Below, piece by piece: positions 44,201 to 53,643 of a DNA stretch of 64,000 nucleotides. The notes beneath the pieces are model-generated. The model was given only the letters and a program-made list of their open reading frames with translations, was not told where the DNA came from and made no database searches. Source of the DNA: Amoebophrya sp. A120 (taxonomy: Eukaryota > Protista > Dinoflagellata). Each line of letters starts with the position of its first letter. The first letter of the stretch is position 1. The translations under genes were made by a program, and so were the position numbers. The stretch is from the NCBI GenBank assembly GCA_905178155.1, contig CAJINV010000004.1, positions 7,563,820 to 7,627,819 of the forward strand, in the 5' to 3' direction.

Positions 44201-47055
44201 GAAGCGCTATCATGCTTCGCACGCTCAAGCTTCTTCGCATGACAAGTTTTCGACTCGCTAAGTGGCATGCTATACCGTGCAATTATGCAAGGTTCCAATG
44301 CAAGACGCGCAAGGTTCCCCGTTTCACTTTTGGTGTTCTTGCATCACAAATTCATGTACCAGTTCAGAATGTAACGTTTGAGAACGCCATATGGGTCAAG
44401 AACTCCGCGAGGTCCGGATGCTTTTCGGGAAACAGGGTCGCTTCGAAGAGCGGGAGGAAAAGGTTGGAAAGCCACTGCTGGAAGTTTTTCACGATGTTCA
44501 ATTTCCGGTACAATTGGAACAGCCGCGGAAATTGGATCATCCACCGATTCTTCTCCGAAAGCAAAGGCTTCCGCTGGTCTATCAAACGCAAAAATCCCCC
44601 CTCCCCATATCGAAATGGAAATCTGTGATGCAGGATTTGAGGCACCAAATCGACTTGTCATGCTAGAAGGCCAAGAGCCGCCGTCGTGGTCTCGTTTGCA
44701 GGCAATTTGTCATGCTGTTTCCCACTCTCAGCTGCCTCCTATCATGCTGAAGATGCAAGGCTCCCCCACGCCACCCAGCACTACAGTCCGCATCTTTTCC
44801 CGTGTAGCATGACAAAGCTGATTTGTGACAACAAATCTGCATCACAGATTTCCGTTTTGATATGGGGAGGGGGGATTTTTCCTCTCAATATGGTCGGAGG
44901 GAAGGTTGAAGGACAAAGCGCGCGGAGCGTCGGTGGCGGATGGATGGGCAGTTATTGCAGTGAAAAGTGCCCCCCACCCCTGAAAGTGCAAAATTTGTGA
45001 TGCGAAGTTTCCAAATGAAAACTTTCTGTCATGCATGGAAGGAGTATGGATATTTCTGATGCAGAGTCTAGGCGTGTATCGCATCGCCTGCATGACAAGC
45101 GCCGCTCTTGCTGGGGCCTTTTGCAATACAAATTTTTGCTATTCACGATTGAAAACCTGTGATGCTGATAGATGCAAGAGCGCGAATGTTTCATTTGGAA
45201 AGGTTTGCAATACAAATGCTTTCAAGTTCGGGGGTGGGGGCATTTTTCATTGTAATAGCAGTTGTGTCGGATTTTGACGGCGCGACGGTTTGCGGACGAG
45301 CCTGTGTAGTTGCGGACGCAATGAGATTGCATATTTGGATTTCATCTCTGTAACAAATGTCTCGAACTCTTACTCTATCTGTTACGCTTACGGTTACGGA
45401 TCATTGTTGCATGACACATGTATTATCGCCGCGCTCTCAAATGAAATGGCTTGTAGTCGTTTTGTTTCATCGCATCACTACCATGTATAGTACATGTTCG
45501 TTCTCACGCACTTATTTCAACAAAACTTTCTATGCAAAGCACTGCAAATCCTACCTCTCCCCCCGCGTTTCCCCTTTGCAGCACCCATTGCGACAGCTTG
45601 GTCCACTCGTCGGGCGATTTACCGTAGATGCTCAACCGCCACTCCGTGTGGCACCATTCCCGCCTTTCCAGCCCGTTCAGCAGCTCCCTGGTCAGCTCCG
45701 CCAGGTACCGCCCGCCCATCTGGTTGTCGGTTTTCAAAAACACTTCCCGAAACGCGGATTTCCCGAGAGGCGAAAATCGGGAATTAAAAATGTCGAACCG
45801 GGACATAACCCGGTGGTCCGCCTGCATTTCGAACGCGTCCAGGTTCAGTGCGGACTCTTCCACTTCTAGTTTGTCGCAAAAGTCCTGCAAGGTCTGGCAT
45901 TCGACATTGTTATCTTGATTTTCTTCTTTACTCGCTGTGCTGCTATTCTTCTTTTTCACCGTGTAGGAAACTACGTCGTTTTTGTTGTGAATGAATTTCT
46001 TCCTAATGAACTCAAACAAATGCGAGCTGCACATCGCCGCGCTGTGGTGGATGTGGTTGTCCACCTTCACAATGTGGTTGAAATCGACCCCGTTGTTCTT
46101 GTTCTCGGTCGTTTCATCGACGTAGTGGAGCATCCTGTAGAGTTCAAACTTCTTTTCCAACAGCTTCAGCCGGCAGTGCGAATAGGACCTGGTCGGGCCG
46201 TCGGTGCGCAGATGGGCGACGCGGGACAGATCCGTGTAGAACTCCTCCAAAGTCGGGACCTGCTTGGAAAAAAGCGAATTCGGGTCCTTCCTGCTGGTGC
46301 TGCTCCGCTCGCGCTTTCGCGAAGTAGTGGTCGACGCCGTCGGGGAAGTGTGGTCGTGACTAGTATGTTCAACACCTTGAACTTGTGAGCCACTTCTTGA
46401 TTTTCTACCAGCATCACCTAAAGGTCGCGGTCCCGCCGCATTTGTTGTTGTACTAGCTGTTGGTTCTCCTATCGTGTTGTTTTCGGAGCTCGAATTGTCA
46501 CTGGCGGAGGTTCTCGCTTGCGCTTGTTTGTTGTTGTTCGACGTCCGGGTAAAAATACTACTACTTCCTGGAGATGATCCATGTTGTGCTCCATCGACGT
46601 TCCTCGGCGGTGAAGAAGTAGAGGTCAAAACGTTGTACACTGTCACCACTCCGGACTCATCCATGTAGTAGCTGAGCGGCTGCTTTTTGTTCAAGTTCCG
46701 CGCCTGCTGCTTTTCGAGGTTTTTACCCAAAAAACTCCGGCCGCATATGGCGCTCTCAAACGTTACATCCTCAACTGTTACATGAGTTTGTAATGCAAGA
46801 GTAGTAAAAGCCAAAGGAGGGAGGTTGCGCCTCTAGCATTACAAATTCCGCACAGATTTAGCTGCTGTTTAGCCCTTCGCAAATTTGTCATGCGAAGCAG
46901 CTTGATCGTGTGGATCTTGATGGTAGTTTAGCATGACAAATCCATGTAACACTTGAGAATGTAACGTTTGAGAACGCCATACCGCAGGGAGCGTACTTGG
47001 AGCGCAGCTCCAGCAGCTCGCGCAGGTTGCCGCGGACCACGGGGATTTCGTCCAT
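35229..47055 (-). CDS. AMPD: AMP deaminase with a very long low-complexity C-terminal extension (~2,770 aa; 5' end may extend further)
   Basis: KVDNHIHHSAAM, FDIFNSRFSP, EWRLSIYG, FDTVDDES, YRPHCGEAG, LSTDDPVMFH.TREPLLEEY, DVCEVARNSV. 12 introners and 1 GT-AG intron removed give an 8319-nt ORF. Confidence 0.9.
35512..35767. mobile_element. Introner family A (256 bp)
   Basis: TIRs; DR actcg; join SRRE|SVAN. Confidence 0.9.
36721..36983. mobile_element. Introner family A (263 bp)
   Basis: TIRs; DR ccgca; join DYSA|EQKR. Confidence 0.9.
37428..37599. mobile_element. Introner family B, degenerate (172 bp)
   Basis: TIRs; DR agcga; join KNIA|VHDR. Confidence 0.85.
37731..37993. mobile_element. 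Introner family A (263 bp)
   Basis: TIRs; DR cagac; join PHSL|QISN. Confidence 0.9.
39186..39450. mobile_element. Introner family A (265 bp)
   Basis: TIRs; DR ggctt/ggctc; join AQES|RNLE. Confidence 0.88.
41951..42257. mobile_element. Introner family F (307 bp)
   Basis: TATGGA.G.GTCAG TIR; DR ccgcg/ccacg; join HQRG|SLRL. Confidence 0.85.
42636..42888. mobile_element. Introner family A (253 bp)
   Basis: TIRs; DR cgtgc/cgtcc; join EEVD|ANIG. Confidence 0.87.
43276..43594. mobile_element. Introner family C (319 bp)
   Basis: TAT..AAAAAT(C/G)CCCC TIR; DR aatcg; join WRLSPI|DVCEVARNS restores a conserved AMPD motif. Confidence 0.9.
44147..44391. mobile_element. Introner family D (245 bp)
   Basis: TIRs; DR tgggt; join FLTH|VGAFDTVDDE. 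Confidence 0.9.
44580..44890. mobile_element. Introner family C (311 bp)
   Basis: AAAAATCCCCCCTCCCCATATC TIR; DR tggtc; join LPSD|QRKP. Confidence 0.9.
44953..45257. mobile_element. Introner family C variant (305 bp)
   Basis: TATT.CA.TGAAAA.TGCCCCC TIR; DR gcagt; join DTTA|HPSA. Confidence 0.87.
45302..45554 (-). other. Canonical GT-AG intron
   Basis: GAG|gtagg...cacag|GCT, phase 0; frame restored. Confidence 0.7.
46746..46981. mobile_element. Introner family D (236 bp)
   Basis: TIRs; DR ccgca; join YAPCG|RSFL. Confidence 0.9.
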
Positions 47056-48511
47056 GATGTTGATGCCGTAGTTGCTGCGACGGATGCTACCAAGTGGTTT
47101 TACCTATTATTTGCCGTGCGGGTGCAGGTCGTTTCGAATGGAGGTGGGGCACTTACTGTTCACCTGGGTACAAATGGCTGCAGCCGGGAGGAACTAAGTA
47201 AAATAAATTTCAATCTTCATGGGGAGAGAAAACTGGTGCCTCCACCGAAGTGGTGGATTATTGCTGTGCTCATAGAGGACAAATGGGTGCGAGGGAGATG
47301 AAGCAATACTACACGACGAGCTAGTAACTCGACAAAACCAATCGACAAAGCATGCGTCATGCCCATAGTCAGGATGGGTCGTCTCGTTGAGTCAAAGTTA
47401 AGGTCAGGGACAACTACAACGTGGTGGTAAGTTAGTATTCAACGATTTCTACTGGGTTTTTTCAACAGCTGCTGTTTTTGGATGGAAAATAAATTTCAAA
47501 AAAGTTCTTGTAAGAAAGTACTCATCAACCACGCCCAAGAAGAACTTAGGACGGGACGACGATCAAACCGCTTACTGCTTTGGTGCCCAACTACAGGCAA
47601 GGCTGCACGAAAAAACGACTGATGCACCGCACGAAAATGAAAAAACGACTGGTGCACGAAAAAACTCAAAAACGAGAAAAAAAACGATTTTTTTGCGCAC
47701 GAAAAAAGAGATCATGGAACGCGACGAGTTTTTTGTACGATGATACAAGTCTGATTATTTGTTCACTTATGCTTTTTTCAGTAAAGAACAAGCAGAATTT
47801 GCGAAACCACACACACTGAAGTCCTTAGATGGACCGAGTGAAAATGAAACATATTTTCGAGAGAAAGTACTGCTCTCTTGTCACGACTAGGTCACGGCTA
47901 CGACTACTTATGCGGAGATCAACGAAGATTGCGGCCACACAACTGCACACGGTCTGCAGCTGCGCCGGTCGTGGGGGCGGGAACCAACCAGAACAAAACC
48001 GCTCTGTTGACGTCGTCCCAACGACAAACAGTGGGCCCCAGAAGTGGCTGTTATTTTCCTCGCACTGCAGCGAAGTTTCTCTTCTTCTTTTCCTCGGGTT
48101 CAATCTTCCTAAAAATCCAGCGCGAAACTACGTTTGAAGCGCTTGCTCTTTATCTTTATCAAAACCGCAGAAAACCTTTTCGCGGTAATATCAAGTCCCT
48201 TTCCTTTCTCCGATTCGTTTTGGCGTCCCAAAGAACCGGTGGGAAGAGCTCGCGTAGTAGTCGATGCTGGTGCACCGTGCACCATGCACTTGCACCCATC
48301 ATGATCATACAAAAATATCCGATATTTTGTGCTAATGCACGCACAGACACTGCACACATCATCACCTTTCTTTCGTACGTAGGTACAGGTACAGCTACAG
48401 TCCTCTAGAAAATTCTTTTTATAAGTGGTGGTCAACCAAGACGAAATCTTCGATAAAGGTGAAAGAGAAAGCGATGGTGAAAAATGCAGTGTTTGTGATT
48501 AAAATAAACCT

Positions 48512-51500
48512 TTATTTCAGCAGGAGGCCAACTCCCTCGTTAGTGCCGTCCCACCTCGCTTCCTCTTTCTCAGTTCTGTTCCCCCACTTGTAGGTGTTTC
48601 CGTACTGATCGGTCGGATAGGCGTGAATCCGTACCTGCGAGAAGGTATTCGAGACAGTGTTGTAAAAAAGCCGGACGTGAAAAGACACCCTCTCCAGCGT
48701 CGCCCGTGGCGCTTTTGTGCGAAAGGGAGAAGCGTCAAAAAATGTCACTCCTTCGTCGACCGCCTCCTGCTGCAACTCGTCACTCTGCTCTCGTAGAGCC
48801 TCTATGCATTGCAAATATGTCTGGGTCTGGAAGTTTGGAACTTGTGATGCTAACTTTGGATTCTAAAAAAATCTGTATTGCATGACGAGCAAGAGGAGCC
48901 CAGTTTGTGCTACGCGGGGAGGGTATTTGTCATGACGGATAGGCATCAGGAAGGCCTCTAAAAATGCGTGATGCTAGAGCATGCATCACAGACATCATGG
49001 GTCATGCAAAATATGCATGACAAACCTTCCATTCATCCAGACCCAGACATTTTTGCATTTGATAGCCTCGCTGGGCTTGACATACCGTGTCTTCCAAATG
49101 AACTGCAGAACCAAGGTATCGTCTGTTAGTGACGACAACCTGTCGCCGTTCGTCATGACAATTCTTCGCGGAGGGTTAGCGCCGCGGCCCGGCGTTTTGT
49201 TTTCTTCCAATGCTGCTGCGCCGTAGAACGTCCGCGTGTGGTCCGGGTCTTGCAGGTCCACACTCTTCAAAAATTTCCGCAGCACGACACGGGATACCAC
49301 GTTGAAATACAGGTTTTCTCCGGCAACTAACTCTTTGTCGAGGCCATACATCTTCCCGTTGCGCAAGCTTTGCAGGTCGAAGGATTTTTCACCTGCTTCT
49401 GTGGAACTACAGGCACTTCTTCCGCTCCTTCCGCTGCCCGGGTTGAGGCAGCGTTGTAGCATTTTTCCATCCGCCGGACGTCGCGCTTCTCTCGCTTCGC
49501 GGGCTTCTATTTCTTCCTTCTTTTTTTTCTCAAATTCTTCTTTTTTTTCCTCTGCAGTTTTACACCGTGCGTCGTCGAGGTCAAAGCTTAACAAACTGAA
49601 TTTCGAAGACACCGCCCACGGCGGTATGTCTTCCCCGTGCCGCCGCAAATATCGTGCGGCCGCCGAGCCAAGGTCAAGCACGGATACTTTCGCCTGTGGT
49701 GCGTAAATTGGAACCTCCTTCCCGACGCTTTTTCTTCCACTTGATCTGCTCTCCGCCTCCTTTATCACCTCTGCGTGCAGCAGCCGCTCCGTCACCATGC
49801 CAGTGAAGTCGAACTTTTTCATCAGCTCTTGCAGATTCTTACGCAGCTTTTCCGCGCGTTCGGGGTCCGTCCGAGGTAAGGGTTTGCTCTGGTCCGTCAG
49901 AGGTGAGCGTTTGTAATAGGCGACTGTCGCATATTCCGGCGGGACATATTTGGCTTTGTCCAACAAAATTCGCTCCAGCTCTCCCGGCCCGCTCGGCGGA
50001 GCTGGAAACTTGTTTTCATCTTCGCCGGGGCTGAAAATTTTTGACAACCACCTCCTGCTGACATCAGATATATTCATATTGTATAACTCGGGATCCTATG
50101 AACTGCAAAAGTATCGTACTCGTATAAATGCACTACAAGTTTCCTCAGCATGAGAAAGAAAATTTGTAATGCTGATTTATTACCTTAAGAGAAATATTTG
50201 TAGTGCATGACTGCGATAATTACTACGAGTACGATACTTTTGCACAGGATAGATCCCTCCCCGTTCGCAGGGTTTCGATCCAGCGGGCCCAATACGACCG
50301 CTTCTTCTCTTCTATGGATTGCAAAAATGTCCGGGTCTGGAAAGAATGGGATTTGTGATGCTACCTGTCGACGATAGAAAAATCTGTATTGCATGAGCAG
50401 CAAAAGCTGCTTGAATTTGTGCCACCCGGAAAGGGCATTTCTCATGCAGAATAGGCATTACCAAGGCTTTGCGAGAACTGTGATGCTACGGCATGCATCA
50501 CAGGCATCTTGGGTCATGTACAATTGTGCATGACAAACTCCCCGAATCTTCCAGACCCAGACACTTTTGCATTTGATATCTTCTTCCTCGCTACAACTTG
50601 TTGGCCGCGCACCACGGAAAAGAGAACTGATAGTACAGCTGGATGAAATAGTATCCCACGAAAAAACTGTTTCACTGTGGTGATTTTGCAAAATCTGCAT
50701 CACAAATTTGTTACGCATGACACTGAAAATCTGTCATGCGGGGCTCCTACGGGAAAACACAGCTAGAGATCCATTGTCTTGCATGTGTAGCATGACACAC
50801 GCTTCTGCGATCCATTTTCTGCATCACAAGTTCACAGTGAAACAGTTTTTTCTTGCGATAAATAGCAGAGGACCTGCTCGTGGTCATGGCGCGGACATGA
50901 AATAAATGTATCGCAAGGAAAAATCCCCCCTCCCCATATTGAAGAGGTAGGTTTTCGAAAATTTGTGTTGCTGATTTGAGGTCACAAATCACGTCTGTGT
51001 TGCAAGAAGACAAGGGCAGCAGCTTCCGTCCCATTATGGAGGCGGTTTGTCATGCTGTTGTGCCAACATCACGGACGCTTCTCATGCTAAGCGCCTAAGT
51101 CAAAGCATCTCTGCTCAGGCTTGATATGGGTCTGCAGTCCTCTCTAGCAAGACAGATGTGATTTGTGTACTCAAATACAGCAACACAAATTCCGCTTTCC
51201 ATATGGGGAGGGGGGATTTTTCCTCCCAGTAAAATGTTGAGAATCCTCCCCCTGCCCCTGCACAGAGGACGATGTTGAGCTTCCCATTGTAATTGTATCC
51301 TTCTCCGCCGGAGGTTGAAAAAATTCTTGGTAGAAGTAGTTCTCGAACTCCTGCAGCGCTTTGGTAAAATCTTGCACTTTTTCGTACTTTATGACTTTCT
51401 TCACAGCTGGCTCCTTTCCTTGCTCTCCTGCCTGTTTGGTCGTGTTCGAAACCAGCGCGAAATTCAGACGGAGGTAAAAGTCACGAGCACGGACACTGGA

Positions 51501-53643
51501 GTATGTAGTATTGAATACTACATCGAGATCTTCGGAATAATTTTTGTAAAAATTCCGCATCTGCTGTGCCCGCAAGAGAGGCCGCAACCTCTCCCACATT
51601 TGCGCCGCCTGCTTGTTGTGTTTTTCGTCCGGGGTGGGATCGTGTTTCAGCCTCTCTAGAGCAAGTTGTGCGTGGACCACGTCTACATACTGGCCGATCG
51701 TCCTGGACAGGTGCGATGAAGAATTTGTATTCAGTGCAAATATGTTATTTAGGTCTGGAAGGATACAACTTGTGGTCGTGCTACCTTTGGACGGTACATA
51801 AAATCTGTATTGCATAGATAGCAAAAGAGGTCCAGTTTTTTATACGTCGCGGAGAGGGCATTTCTCATGCGGTATGAGCATCAGAAAGCCCACCTCGCAG
51901 AATCTGTGATGATGCTAGTACTAGGGCATGCATCACAGACATCATGGGTCAATGTCATGGAAAATATGCATGACAAATAACCTGGCATCTTTCCAGACCC
52001 AGTAGATCGATAGTTGCAACGCGTATGCCGGCTTCAGTCGTTCCTCGATTCGTTGTTCCTCGATTGTCCGATATTGAACAAAAAAAGCACGTAGGTGTAA
52101 CTTTGTCGTGATGCGCAACATGCAAGATGATTGCCTCTGTCATGCTGGACATGCATGACAGGTCCCAGCATTCAAGTGCCTTTTCACGTGCTATGATCTG
52201 CGCATGACAGGTTTATTTTGCTGTAATTATGCTGTTCCGCCAAATCCAAAGAAGTTACACCTACAACAATGTTTTTTCTTCACATATTCGACCACCGTCA
52301 CGAACCTGAAGGTCGTGCAAAGCAACGTCCTCCAGAAGAACCGTACTGAGCTTCTCATGCGGCTGAATTTTTATCACGACAGGAGGCTGCAGCTCCGGGT
52401 CTTGTTCGGGGGAGGTGCCGATAATTTTCTCCTTCGCGGGGGAAAATTTCCTCCGGGTCGACGTTTTTAGAAGTTTACGTTTTACTACTTTTACTTCCGC
52501 TCGACCACGTTTTACTACTTTCCTCCGGGTCGACGTTTTACCACTTTCCCGCTTTCCTCCGGGTCGACGTTTATTTACTGCGTCTACTTCCGCTTGCAGA
52601 TGCCAGTTCCAGGGGTCTGCTTCGAAGTTCTTAGGGAGATCTTCTCCTGCGACAACTTTCCGCCACAGCAGATGCCGTTGGTACAGCTGAAACGCATCCA
52701 TGTTCACCAGGTCCTTGAGTTTAATTAGCAGATGCGGGTACTTCCTAGCTCTCCTCGTCGTCGTCCCAAGCGGTTCTTGTGACTTTTGCCCTGTGAGCAC
52801 CTTCTTGTTTGAGGACATCTTCAACCCAGAAGGCGCAGCTGTTCTTCGTTCCCTTGTGTCCTCAATCACCACCTCCACGACGGTGTCGTTGTCCAGCGGC
52901 GCAGCGTCGCGGGCCGCCAGGGAGTTAGTAAGCGTTGACTGTTCCACTTCGGTAGTAGAGGGGTCATAACCTTCCCCGCCGCGCGGAATAGGATTAAGAT
53001 CGACTGATATAATCGGCCTTTGTGCCCTCGACGAAGATGTTGAACTCGGTTCCTCAATCCAGGGAGGACTAGGACTTCCCCGTTTTTCGTCGACGTCGTC
53101 GTGGATAGTTTTTGCGACGAGTGCACGCCCTTCATCTCCACGACCCGGAGTAGGAGAGCTCCAAAGTAGACCTCCAGACAACTGCTGGCAGGGGCCGTCT
53201 TGGTCTTCGTCATCATCGTCGCTGCTCGATGAATACGAAAAATGCGAAGGAGCCGACGACGACCCAAGCCCCGAGCCTCGACTAGTGGAGCCAACTACAC
53301 TGGAAACGAGTGGTCTACAACTTCTTCCCGAATAAGCTACATCGTCACCCCTGCTTCGTACATCAGAGGAGGAGCCCTCAGAAGCATAATCGTGAGTAAA
53401 AAACACGGTCGGTCCCCGGGCCGCCACCGCACGTCTCCAGTTCCCTTCGGTAAATTCCCAGACAACGTGCTCGGCATCGTAGGCATCTTTCACGACAGAG
53501 CGAGACCCAGCGACGCGCACAAGTCCCGCTTCGCTGAAGAGAATCACACCGGTGCAGCAACTGATGAAGATTCCTGCCGCAGCTCGCCAGCCACGCTTAG
53601 CAGGCAACGAGAATGAAAGGCGAAGGCAACGTCGGCAGAACAT
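48512..53643 (-). CDS. Hypothetical protein with N-terminal hydrophobic segment (~1,122 aa), 8 exons
   Basis: Seven introners removed give a 3369-nt continuous ORF from ATG 53643 to TAA 48512; no family recognised. Confidence 0.7.
48803..49064. mobile_element. Introner family A (262 bp)
   Basis: TIRs; DR gcctc; join PSEA|LREQ; GC-AG register possible. Confidence 0.9.
50097..50251. mobile_element. Introner family B (155 bp)
   Basis: TIRs; DR gatcc; join TGRD|PELY. Confidence 0.9.
50313..50578. mobile_element. Introner family A (266 bp)
   Basis: TIRs; DR tcttc; join SEEEE|KKRS. Confidence 0.88.
50652..50860. mobile_element. Introner family E (209 bp)
   Basis: GAAAAAACTGTTTCACTGTG TIR; DR aatag; join SSAI|SSSC. 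Confidence 0.88.
50909..51231. mobile_element. Introner family C (323 bp)
   Basis: TIRs, right end GTA; DR aaatg; join SQH|LFHV. Confidence 0.87.
51728..52025. mobile_element. Introner family A, degenerate, direct repeat lost (298 bp)
   Basis: Eroded TIRs; flanks atttg/tgccg; removing element +5 nt restores LKPA|SSSH. Confidence 0.7.
52072..52286. mobile_element. Introner family E, degenerate (215 bp)
   Basis: TAT..AAAAAA..GTAGGTGTAAC TIR; DR tccga/ttcga; join DGGR|TIEE. Confidence 0.8.

Noticed and set aside
6390-52152. Recurring ORF-track peptides such as MSGSGNL, FPDPDIFA, QTQTFL, QKYRTR
   Set aside because: They are translations of introner TIRs, not protein repeats.
6388-52286. Interpreting the interrupted genes as MITE-disrupted pseudogenes
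   Set aside because: All 42 removals restore frame, the exons show no other stops or frameshifts where checked, and catalytic motifs are intact.
6388-52286. Assigning the introners to a named transposon superfamily
   Set aside because: No transposase is present in the window, and a 5-bp TSD with TAT ends is not diagnostic for a family I can name reliably.
18-53616. Plus-strand ORFs (e.g. 22859-23806, 9181-9855, 42579-43358)
   Set aside because: Antisense shadows of minus-strand genes with no recognisable domains.
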